This document shows, piece by piece, positions 49,632 through 61,331 of a stretch of 64,000 nucleotides of DNA. Positions within the stretch are counted from its first letter, which is position 1; every line of letters starts with the position of its first letter. The position numbers and the translations under genes are program-made. The notes below the pieces were generated by a model. The model ran no database searches. It was not told where the DNA came from and saw only the letters and a list, made by a program, of their open reading frames with translations. Source of the stretch: Malacoraja senta (Eukaryota); the NCBI GenBank assembly GCA_038087875.1, contig CM075996.1:6450001-6514000 (forward strand), given 5' to 3'.

Positions 49632-51119
49632 TACATCCACTGGCTCCCCTTCATCCATTTTAGTCACATCCTCAAAAAAATCCAGAAGATTAGTCAAGCA
49701 TGATTTTCCTTTCATAAATCCATGCTGACTTGGACTAATCCTTTTACTGCTATCCAATGTCCCAAAGATGCTGGAGTCTTTAATAATTGACTCCACCATC
49801 TTTCCCACCACCGAATTCAGGCTAACTGGTCTGTAATTCCCCGTTTTCTCTCTCACTGCTTCCTTGAAAAGTGGGATAACATTAGCTATCTTCCAATCCA
49901 CAGGAACTGATCCTGAATCTATTGAACATTGGAAAATGATCACCAATGCATCCACTATTTCTAGAGCCACCTCCCTGAGGACCCTTGTATGCAGTCCATC
50001 AGGCCCCGGGGATTTATCATCCTTCAGTCCCATTAGCCTACCCAATACTATTTCTCGCCTAATGAAAATTTATTTCAGTTCCTCGACCCCCTTAGATCCT
50101 CTGTCCTCCAGTACTTCTGGGAGATTGTTTGTGTCTTCCTTAGTGAAGACAGATCCGAAGTACCTGTTGAACTCTTCTGCCATTTCCTTGATCCCCATAA
50201 TAATTTCACCCGTGTCTGCCTTCAAGGGACCCACATTTAACTTTGTTACTCTTTTTCCCTTAACATATCTAAAGAAGCTTTTACTGTCCTTCTTTATATT
50301 CCTGGCCAGCTTCCCTTCGTACTTCATCTTTTCAGCCCGTATTGCCCGTTTTGTTTCCTTCTGTTGTCCTATGAAAGTTTCCCAATCCTTTGGCTTCCGG
50401 CTACTCTTTGCTGTGTTATACATCTTTTCTTTTCGTTTTATTCTGTCCCTAATTCTCTTGTCAGCCACGGTTGCCTCCTACTCCCCTTAGAATCTTTCTT
50501 CCTTTTTCAAATGAAATGATCCTGTGTCTTCCGGATTATGCCCAGAAATTCCTGCCATTGCTGTTCCACCGTCATTCCTGCTAGTATAACTTTCCAGTCT
50601 ACCTTGGCCAGCTCCTCTCTCATGCCTTCATGATCCCCTTTGTTCAACTGCATCACGGACACTTCCGATTTAACCTTCTCCTTCTCAAATTGCAGATTAA
50701 AACTAATCATATTATGATCACTACCTCCAAGCGGTTCCTTTACCTCGAGTTTTCTTATCAAATTTGGTTCATTGGACAAAACTAAATCCAGAATTGCCTT
50801 TTCTCTGGTCGGCTCCATTACAAGCTGCTCTAAGAATCCATTTCGGAGGCACTCTACAAACTCTCTTGGGGTCCTGAACCAACCTGATTTTCCCAGTCTA
50901 CTTGCATATTGAAATCCCCCATCACCACAGTGGCATTACCTTTGTTACATGCCAATTTTAACTCCTGCTGCAACTTACACCCTACATCCAGGCTACTATT
51001 TGGGGGTTGTAGATAACACCAATTAGTGTCGTCTTGCCTTTGCAATAACACCTGGGAAGAAACTGTCCTTGAACTGACAATGAATCTCTCTCACTTAAAG
51101 AGTGAGAGATTCCAGAATC

Positions 51120-51131
51120 GAAAGTGAAAGT
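51120..51131 (+). promoter_or_regulatory. IRF-E/ISRE motif, copy 4 intron 1
   Basis: GAAAGTGAAAGT in the same context. Confidence 0.55.
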
Positions 51132-51629
51132 AATCACACGGCGACATTGTTGGTAAACAGCCCCTTTAAATGTACAGTGGTTTAAAACGCTTCTACCAGC
51201 GAACAGCCGAGGGAATGAGAGTCATTGCCCGGGAGAGGTGACACTTGGTTCCCAAAGTAAGTCACGCAAAGACCCCGTTTCATCTATGAACCTTGTGTGT
51301 TAACATACTCCCCTCCCATCCCTGCTCTCTCCTCTCTTCTTCTCCCCCCCTACCATCTCCTCCCCTCCCCTCCCTGCTCTCTCCTCTCTTCTCCTCCCCT
51401 CCCCTCTTTTCTCCTCCCCTCCCATCTCCTCCCCTACCCCCCCTTTCCCTCCTCTCCTCTTCCCTCCCGTCCCAACCAGAGACGGGGCAACATCTCAGCG
51501 CCGACTTCCTAGCCCACCGCAGTGAGGCGGGTGTCCCGGCGCCAGGGGATTAAAACACAAACACGCTCCTACATCCTATCTCAATCTCACTCCCTCCCTC
51601 TGAGGCCGCCACAGCAGCATCTCACTCAC

Positions 51630-51775
51630 CTGAGCTGGGGTGGTGGTGAGCAAAGACGATCTTTGGTGGCGAGCGTGGAGGTCCACGTCTCTGCTGCAAC
51701 GCGAGACAATGAACAGAGGCGGGGCGAGAGACAGAGGCGGGGCAGCCGGTCTCTCCGCCCCGCTGCCCTTTATCT
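51630..51775 (-). promoter_or_regulatory. Predicted promoter and non-coding exon 1 of TRIM copy 4
   Basis: Donor CAG|GTGAGT (51624-51632), GC box, GATAAAGGG at ~51766-51774. About 12.3 kb from the coding exon because of TE insertions. Confidence 0.55.
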
Positions 51776-53243
51776 CTCACTGTGTGTGTGTGTGTGTGTA
51801 CTCAGTGAGAATCCTGCTTGTTTACGCTGGAGAGCAAGGAACTGCAGGTGGTTGACGCCGTAGATAGACACAACGTGCTGGAGGAACTCAGCGGGTCAGG
51901 CAGCATCTCTGGAGAGAAGGAATGGGTGACGTTTCGGGGTCGAGACCCTTCAACTACCTCCTCCGGCAGCTCGTTCCATACACCCACCCCCCTTTGTGTG
52001 AAAAAGTTATCCCTCAGATTTCTATTATATAATTCCCCCTTCACCTTAAACCTATGCCTCCTGGTCCTCAATTCCCCCATACTCTGGGCACGAGACCCTC
52101 TGTGTCTACCAGATCTATTCCTCTCATGATTTTGTACACCTCTTATAAGATCACCCCTCATCCTCCTGTGCTCCAGGGAATAAAGTCCTAGCCTGTCCAA
52201 CCTCTCCCTGTAGCTCAGGCATCTCGGGTCCTGACAACGTCCTCGAAAATCTTCTCAGCACCCTTTCCAGCTTAACGATTTCGCAGAGATGCTACCTGAC
52301 CCAGAGATCAGCCATCCATGTCCTCCAGAAATGTTGGCTGAAGAGTAAAGATTCTGCCCAATGTTACTTGAAGATGCTTTTGACCAAATGTAGCAGCCTG
52401 ACGCAGATGGACACAGCCAGTGTGGATATGTCACCACTCTATACAAACTCACAGGAAACACACTGCTGTTAAAGAACTTCATAAAAGTGTATTTAATTTT
52501 CTAATTACAGCAATGAAAGAGCACATTGAGGCAAACGAGAGATTGGATAGAATGGAATGATTAGTTCATTGGCTATATTTAAGAGGGAATTAGATGTGTC
52601 CCCTTGTGGCTAAAGGTATCAGGGGATATGGAGAGAAGGCAGGTACAGGATACTGAGTTGGATGATCAGCCATGATCATATTGAATGGCGGTGTAGGCTC
52701 GAAGGGCCGAATGGCCTACTCCTGCACCTATTTTCTATGTTTCTATGTTATGCTTTTTGCTTGTACGAAAACGACATTTTAATAAGCTCTTCTATTCACT
52801 ATAAACATAAATCAGAAATATAACTAGATTAATTGGCGACTGCCATGCTTGAGAGAGCTAATCAAATATCAAAGAGAGACACAAAAAGCTGGAGTAACTC
52901 AGCGGGTCAGACAGCATCTCTGGTGAAAAGGAATTGGTGCCTTTTCGGGTCGAGACTTAATCAAAGTTCAATGTGGACTTTAACCAAGACTTGGTCAGTA
53001 ATCACTAACATTGCCTTTGGTTTAGAGATACAGTGTGGAAACAGACCCTTCGGCCCAACGGGTCTGTGCTAACCAATCGTGACCCGTACACTAGTTCTAT
53101 CCTACACACACTAGGGACAATTTACAGAAGCCAATTAACCTGCAAACTCGCGCGTCTTTGGTGTGTGGGAGGAATCTGGAGCAGCAGGAGAAAACCCACG
53201 CAGGTCACGGAGAGAACATACAAACTCTGTATAGACAGCACCC

Positions 53244-55790
53244 GTCGTCCGCAAACTTGAGAAGTTTGACAGAGGAGTCAGTGGAGGTGCCGTCATTGGT
53301 GTAGAGAGAGTAGAGGAGCGGGGAGAGTACGCAGCCTTGCGGTGCTCCTATGCTGAGCATTTGCGGGTCTGAGATGTGCTTTCCTAGCCTCACATGCTGC
53401 TTCCTGTATGTCAGGAAGCTGGTGATCCACCGACAGAGGGGTTCAGGCACAGTCAACTCGGAAGTTTGGAGCATAGTAGCTCTGGCACAATGGTGTTGAA
53501 TGCAGAGCTAAAATCAACAAACAAAATCCTCGCATAGGTCCCCTGGCGGTCTAGGTGCTGGAGGATGAAGTGCAGCCAAATTGACTGCGTCATCCATAGA
53601 TCTATTGGCCCGATATGCAAACTGCAGAGGGTCCAGCAGGGGGATTGTGATCAAAGATCCTATAGCAGAGCAAGATAGACCATTCCTGTAAAATCCAATG
53701 AAACTGACTATGTACGGGTACGCAACGGAGCATAACTTCCGGCATTTTCAGTAACCCGACCCTATCTTTGACCCGACCCGACTTCAGTTATGCCTTCAGT
53801 TATAACGGCAATACCTTGTACAGGGAGGACCTGAGATGCTGGTTTAAACCGAAGATAGACACAAAAGGCTGGAGTAACTCAGCGGATCAGGCAGCATCTC
53901 TGGAAGAGAACGAAATAGCCCATGACCCGTTACAGCTATCGAAAAAGTCGACCCGAAATATCACCTATTCCTTCTCTCCAGAGATGCTGCCTGATCCGCT
54001 GAGTTACTGAGCGATTTCACACCTTCCTCCCTCCTTTATTAGAAAAAAATAGCCACTTTTCATTTCCCCGGACGGGTGGAAGGGGGGACCCGAATGCTGC
54101 AAAAAAAACACTTTTGTGTTCGTCAACAGCCATCTTAGCATGACATGAAGTGTAAGTAGACAACAAGCTGCCTGACTGTGTCTTAGCTCGCTGTAAACAT
54201 TTCTTGTTGCCTTTTTTAAAATAATTTCTCTCTCTCCGCCCCCTCCCTAACTCTGGAAAGTTGCAAACCCATCAAAGGTTGAGTGACGCTCCTGTTAACG
54301 CGGTATTTTCTCTTGTTTAAAGATTTTGGGTCGAGACCCTTCTCAGACTGAGTCGGGGAAAGAGGAACAAGTGATATAGACGGTACTAAGGACAAAATGA
54401 ATAGGGAGATGTGCCTATATCTCCCGTTTCCCTTTCCCTTGACTGTCAGTCTGAAGAAGGGTCTCGACCCGAAATGTCACCTATTCCGCTCTATGATCGT
54501 TGCTTTCGTCCGTCTGTCAGCACGTTCGCTCGCTCTTGGTGCCAGGCGCTTCTCCCTCAGACTTCGCAAAACAAACACACACACACACAACAGCTATGAC
54601 CGGCAGATCGGTGCAGGCCGAGAGACAGGAGCAGGGCGAAGGATGACATCAAACGGGTCAAGGCAGCTATCGAAAAAGTATGGAAAATGGTAAGGAACAA
54701 ATTAAAAAAAAACACCCGAAGGAAATAGATGTTTTAACAAAAAAAGGGGGGGGGGGGGCGCCGATCGTTCCATGTCCGTATCGGAGGGGGGGAGGGGAGG
54801 ATGGCTTGAAGTTGGCAGGATGGCAGGATTTCTGGAGTTCTTCCAAATGGCAATATTTTGTATGTTCAAAGTTAATAAGGAAGACTAGGCAGGAGTATCA
54901 AAATGATCACTGCAGCTGAGAAACAAAAAGATGATTTGTGTATGAAGACGCCATCACCAAAGCAAAGATACTAGAGCGGAGACGGAAGCCGGTTACGGAA
55001 ATGGCGTTAAAGATTCCCCATGACCTACTACGGCTTTTCCGTCGAGTGGACTATCTTGCTCTGCTATAGGATCTTTGATTGTGATATTTTTCAGCTTGGT
55101 GAGCACAAGCCTTTCAAGGGGTCTTCATGATACAGAGGTCAGTGTGAAAGGCCTGTAGTCATTTAAGACAAGTAATCCTTGCCTTTTGGGTTACAGGGAC
55201 AATAGTGGAGACTTTGAAGCAGGCAGGGGAGGGACTGGTTAAAAATGTCTGTGAGATTTCCGGCTTTTCTGTATTCTGAAAAGCCTCTCCACCTCCTCTA
55301 TTTTTATTGTTGATGAAATGATGTTGTTCAACCAGGAGGGAGTGGGTAATTGGGTGTGAAGTGGTGATTGGAGAGGGGTTGGTGTAGAGGGCCCAGTCTT
55401 TGCAGACTGAGGTCAGGCTGTGAGTGGGTGTGAAGTGTTGATTGGGGTGGGAAAGGTTCCAGTCTTTTCATACTGGAGTCTTGCCTTAAGTAGGTGTGAA
55501 GTGGTGAATGGGAAGGAGAGGGTGCAGGGTCCATTCTTTGCAGACTTGGGTCTGGCTGTGTTTGTTGGGGAGGGGGAACCAGGATTACGTTTCTGATTTT
55601 CAAACCTGCAGTAAAACGCATTCAGGTAGTTGGTCAGTTGACGATTGTCCAAAGAGCAGGGGGCTTTCCTCTTTTAGCTGGTAATTTCTTGCATGCCCTT
55701 CCAAACTAGCTGAGAACTTGCTCCTCAACTCCTCAGAGTACCTTTCTTTGGCAGCTCTGATTCCTCTTCTCAGCTCTTTATTGATTAGGC
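53244..55790 (-). mobile_element. Rex1/Babar-type LINE RT fragment, interrupted
   Basis: GAPQGCVLSPLLYSLYTND..KLLKFADD and LNAFYCRFE peptides. Split by the insertion at 53652-55077. Confidence 0.75.
53652..55077. mobile_element. Non-autonomous DNA transposon, 27-bp perfect TIR, 8-bp TSD (P- or hAT-type)
   Basis: TIR CAAAGATCCTATAGCAGAGCAAGATAG; TSD ATTGTGAT (53644-53651 / 55078-55085). Confidence 0.88.
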
Positions 55791-57496
55791 TATCTTTTAA
55801 CCCTTTAACGATTAGGCTATTGGCTTGACGCATATTTGCCCCCCCCCCCCTTAATCTCAAAATGGAAATGTTACATCTGTATATAATGATCCCATTAAAA
55901 TGTATATTTTATAAATTTCCAATATTTTATACTAAGTTTATTAAAATTGGTTAAGTACTTTTGTTATAAGATGGAAGGGGTAGATCCGCAAATGTCATCA
56001 TTTGAACATGGGAATTAAAATTGTTATTGACTTAATTCACACCTCTGTAACTTAGCTTTAAGGGGGGACACCGTACAGTGCAGATTTTGGTACCAAAATT
56101 CGCACTTCAATTACACAAAAACGTCAGAAAAGCCTGTGTCAAAATGTTTTAGTTTTTAACCATAAAGAATCACAATTAGCTCTGAATAAAATTGGTGATA
56201 ATGTTTTCCCTCTCCTAACCTTTGGTTTTCACTGCACCAAGGAGATCTTCCAACTCCATCTTCCCCCTAGCTTCCTCAGCAGCAACATCATCAATGGACT
56301 GCTGCATTACTGCAGACAGAACCATGATGACCCTGAAAACATGCAGAATTTTGTAATATTCAAATTATATTAAAAATATGATGCAAAAAGAAAGTCACAA
56401 ACTATGGAATTCATATTTTTCAGTATTGTTATCAAGGAAAAGAACAGTTCCAATTGTTTGCTGTTATTTGATATTCTTTAATATTATTCATATGGAGGAG
56501 AAAATATAATAGCTCTAAAACCTACCTTAATTTTGCAACCTCACTAAAGAGAATCCCCCTTTCCCTCTCCCCTCCTCCCCCCCTCTCTCTCTCCCCCTCC
56601 CCTCCTTCCCCTCTCTCCCCTCCCCTCCCCTCCTTCCCCTCTCTCTCTCCCCTTCCCTCCTTCCCCTCTCTCTCTCCCCCTCTCAAATTCCCCCCTCCCA
56701 CGCAGTGTTGGAGGGCCCGCAGCGGGAGGGGGGAGAGGCGAGGGCCTGCAGCGGGAGGGGGAAAGAGGCGAGGGTCCGCGGCAGGTGGGGGGGGGGAAGA
56801 GGCGAGGGTCCGCGGCGGGGAGGGTGGTGTTGTGGGCCCGCCGGCGGGACGGGCGAAGGCCTGGCCGGAGCGGCGTCTGGTGTCGAGGTTACGGCCGCTG
56901 CCAGTTATTCCCGCTCCCGCCCGGCGAAGGGAGAACGGTCTCCTGTTAGACCCCTCGCGGGTGGTTTGCCACCCAGGATAAAAACCAGACTCCTCCTCCT
57001 GCAACGCAATATTTCACTACCTACCCAGAGTAGACACGAGACAGGCATCGAGGCGATCGCTGATTGTGTGGACTGCAAAATGTGATCTGATCCCGCCCGG
57101 GCCCACCGCCCACACGCGGGAGCGTCATTTTGTGTCGCTACTGTATCACCGGCTTCCCCCAACTGCGCAAGCGCGGATGGTCGCAATTTTTTTCCCCCAA
57201 ATCATCCAGCAGGCGGGAATCAGAATTTCGGGTAAACGCTGATTGCGCTCCAAATTTTTTTTTCCTCGCGATTTTTTCTTACTGTGGGGGAAAAATGGGG
57301 GTGCGAGCGCACCCAACGCACCCCCCTTCGGGCGGCCATGAGTTAGACACAAAAAGCTGGAGTAACTCAGCGGGTCAGGCAGCATCTCTAGAAAAGGCTA
57401 GGTGATGTTTTGGGTCGAGACCCTCCTTCAGACTGAAAGTCATGAACAAGGGATACTGGAGGTATGAAAAGGTACAAAGAACAAATGAATGGAAGG

Positions 57497-57930
57497 TCAT
57501 AAGTGATAGGAGTAGAATTAGGCCATTCGGCCCAACAATTTTTCTCCGCCATTCAATCATGGCTGCTCTATCTCTCCTCCAAACCCCATTCTCCTGCCTT
57601 CTCCCCATAACCTCTGACACCTGTACTAATCAAACATCTATCTAACTTAAAAATATCCACTGACTTGGCCTCAATAGCAGTCTGTGGCAAAGAATTCCAC
57701 AGATTCAACACCCTCTAACGAAATAAATTTCTCCTCATCTCCTTCCTAAAGGAACATCCTTTAATTCTGAGGCTATGACCTCTAGTCCTAGTTTCTCCCA
57801 CTAGTGGAAACATCCTTCCCACATCCACTCTACCCAAGCCTTTCACTGTTCTGTATGTTTCAATGAGATACCCGCCCCCCCCCCCTCATTCTTCTAAACT
57901 CCAGCGAGTACAGGCCCAGTGCCGACAAAC
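57497..57930 (-). mobile_element. CR1 3' fragment
   Basis: Reverse complement of the CR1 3' end (CTAAACTCCAGCGAGTAC..., GGCCATTCGGCCC stem). Confidence 0.75.
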
Positions 57931-60408
57931 GATCTGCAAAAGGAAAAATCGTAGCCTCTTTGTAAGCCGTGCCAAGTTCCTGCAATGAGGTTAATCATGG
58001 CTCAGCACTGGGATTCAGGGCACTGAAGTTGCACCTTGCTCCAGCATGAGTCCACAAACTGTCCTGGCTGTTATCATTGCCTTGATTCAGGAGAGGTTGC
58101 AGTGATATCTCAGCATTGTGAATGATTGATCTCATCTCAAGCACTCGCATTACCCAGGGATAGCAAGGCTAGGTTGCAGGTATTCACTGCTACACTAGAT
58201 GTCACCCTTTCCATTTGGCTGAGCTGCAAGGAAAACCAGCCGTGCACAAAATCAGTTGTGAACCAGCTCGGACTTTAACGAGTAGCTACAATACTGGTTT
58301 AGTTCTGTTTAGTTTAGAGATACAGCGCGGAAACAGGCCCTTCAGCGATGCTGGAGTTACTCCAGCACTTTGTGTCAATTTTTGTAAACCAGCATCTGCA
58401 GTTCCTTGCGTCTACTGAGCCACTAAAGCCTTTCTCACCGATCAGTTCATTCTCGGCTGATTTGTGATCACACTCCCTATTCCCACCATCACCTGCATCC
58501 CTTGACCTCTGTTTAACATAAATCTCTCAACCTCCGATCTTAAGGTGGCCAAAATAAACCAGTACCAATACCATTGACCCAGCATTGAAATTCCATAACA
58601 GGAAGAACATTCCAACTTTAGACTTTAGTCTTTAGAGATACAGCGCGGAAACAGGCCCTTCGGCCCACCGAGTCCACATCGACCTGCGATCCCTGCACAC
58701 TAATACAATCCTATACACACTAAGGACAATCTCACATATGTGCAATTATACCAAGCTGATTAACCTTCAAACAAACCTGTACGTCTTTGGAGTGTGGGAG
58801 GAAACCGAAGATCTCGAAGAAAACCCAGGCAGGTCACGAGGAGAATGTACAAACTCTGCACAGACAAGCACCTATAGTCAGGATCAAACCAGGGTCTCTG
58901 GCGCTGTAAGGCAGGAACTCCACCACTATTTACTCCGGATACTCCGGTTTCCTCCCACACTCCAAAGACGTTCAGGTTTGCAGATTAATTGGCTTGGTAC
59001 AATTGTAAATTGTCCCTAGTGTGTGCAGAATAGTGTAAGTGTGTGGGGATCGCTGGTCGGCACGGACTCGATGGGCCAAAAGGGCTGTTTCCGAACTACA
59101 TCTCCAAACTAAACTAAACTAATCATTCAATAGACACCAAAAGCTGGAGTAACTCAGCGGGTCAGGCAGCATCTCTGGAGAAAAGGAATAGGTGACGTTT
59201 CGGTTCGAGACCCCTCTTCAGACTGAGAGTCAGGGGAGAGGGAAACGAGAGATAAAGAACAGCAAGAGAGGGTGTTGCAGAACTCTCATCGGAGAGATGA
59301 GGAGAACCTCTTCAGAGTAGGCATGCCTTGAGGAGATTTCGCAGTGGAGCCATCCTCAGATACAGGGCCCAAAACTGCTCACAATACTCTGAATATGGAG
59401 TATTTGTCACATCACGTATTTGTTAGTGTAATGCCCTGAATCTTCACTAGCCATTGGATCTTTGCCACAGGGCCAGAGTTTTGGCATGAGGGTGTAAATG
59501 GGAACATCATCTGTACGCTGATAACTATCGACAGCGTGATAAGCTGCACAAGAAGCTGCCCATTGAGAAACCCCTCGTCTTTTAGGACTTGTGTGAAAAT
59601 TGCAATTAACCAGCAAATCCAATAAATCTACTGGCTTCCCTGTGAAGTGCTTCCTCCCTCGACATTTCAAGGTACAAGGAGGAATCTTGAATTTACTTGG
59701 AAGATTCTCATTCTCTCCACACTTGGCTGTGAGCTCAGGGCATTGTCACCTCTGAACAACGCTGACGTTAGCTTTAGTTTAGTTTGGAGATACAGCGCGG
59801 AAACAGGCCCTTCGGCCCACCGGGTCCACGGCCACCGCGCGCTAGCACTAGAGGTGTATGTTTTCACACTTTGGTACCTCTTACCTGATGGGAGAAGGGG
59901 GAAGAGGGAGTGACTGGGGTGAGACTGGTCCTTGATTATGCTGCTGGCCTTGCCGAGGCAGCATGAGGTGTAGATGGGAGAAACTTATCAGCAGAGGCTG
60001 CCACAGGGAAAGGTGCAGGGGTGGACTGAAGGGAAAGGTGAGGGGGGAAGGGAGTAAAAGGAAAGGGGTAATGGTGGAAAATGATGGGGTACATTTGCAG
60101 AATAAACCATTTGGTGGAGTGACATCACACGCTGTGTAATCCTGTCCAAGTTTAGTTTAGTTTAGAGATACAGCACGGAAAGAGGCCCTTCGGCCCACCG
60201 GGTGTAGCATACAGGTTAAACAGACAATTCCAGCCAAAATATAAAATGGAGTTATCAGCGAAATTAGCAGCAACTGCATTCCATACCGTTCGAAAACAAG
60301 GTTCAAACATACTGTATCCCAGACAAGTGGGAGATGTTTTCTGCACCATGTCATGGGAAAGCGTGGCGTTGGTGAACAAAACACAACAGGAATAGTTGGG
60401 TAGACCAC

Positions 60409-61060
60409 AGCAGGCAGTGAAGAAAGCGAATGGCATGTTGGCCTTTATAACAAGAGGAGTCGAGTATAGGAGCAAAGAGGTCCTTCTGCAGTTGTATAGA
60501 GCCCTAGTGAGACCACAGCTGGAGTATTGTGTGCAGTTTTGGTCCCCACATTTGAGGAAGGACATTCTTCCTATTGAGGGAGTGCAGCGTGGGTTTTCAA
60601 GGTTAATTCCCGGGATGGCGGACTGTTATATGCTGGGAGAATGGAGCGGCTGGGCTTGTACACTCTGGAGTTTAGAAGGATGAGAGGGTATCTTATTGAA
60701 ACATATAAGATTGTTCAGGGTTTGGACATGCTAGAGGCAGGAAACATGTTCCCGATGTTGGGGGAGTCCAAAACCAGGGGCCACAATTTAAGAATAAGGA
60801 TAAGCCATTTAGAACGGAGACGAGGAAACACTTTTTCTCACAGAGAGTTGTGAGTCTGTGGAATTCTCTGCCTCAGTGGGCGGCGGAGGCCGGTTCTCCG
60901 GATACTTTCAAGAGAGAGCTAGATAGGGCTCTAAAAGATAGCGGAGTCAGGGGATATGGGAAGAAGGAAGGAATGGGATACTGATTGGGGATGATCAGCC
61001 ATGATCACATTGAATGGCTCGAAGGGCCGAATGGCCTACCCCTGCACCTATTGTCTATTG
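60409..61060 (+). mobile_element. CR1 3' fragment
   Basis: QQAVKKANGMLAFITRG..LEYCVQFWSP with a CTATTGT tail. Confidence 0.88.
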
Positions 61061-61331
61061 ACCACCCGCGCCCCCTGCTGTTAGTAGCAGAGCAACATTG
61101 CAGACGGGGGGGGGCCTTATGATTTTCCTCAGGGAGGGGGCAGTGGCATGGTCTGCTCTGATTAAGAAATGCCATAAACGATGGTGCAGGAAAGAACTGC
61201 AGACGCTGGTTTAAACCGAAGATAAGACACAAAAAGCTGGAGTAACTCGGCGGGGACACGCAGCATCTCTGGAGAGAAGGAATGGGTGACATTTCGGGTC
61301 GAGACCCTTCTTCAGACTGCTTAGGAATTTA

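Larger units (their letters stand above)
43187..51044 (-). mobile_element. Outer 5'-truncated CR1 LINE (pieces 43187-43570 and 48459-51044) hosting nested insertions
   Basis: TSD ATAACA (43181-43186 / 51045-51050); EN/RT peptides ([22 protein letters not shown]); TTTCTATG tail. Confidence 0.9.
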
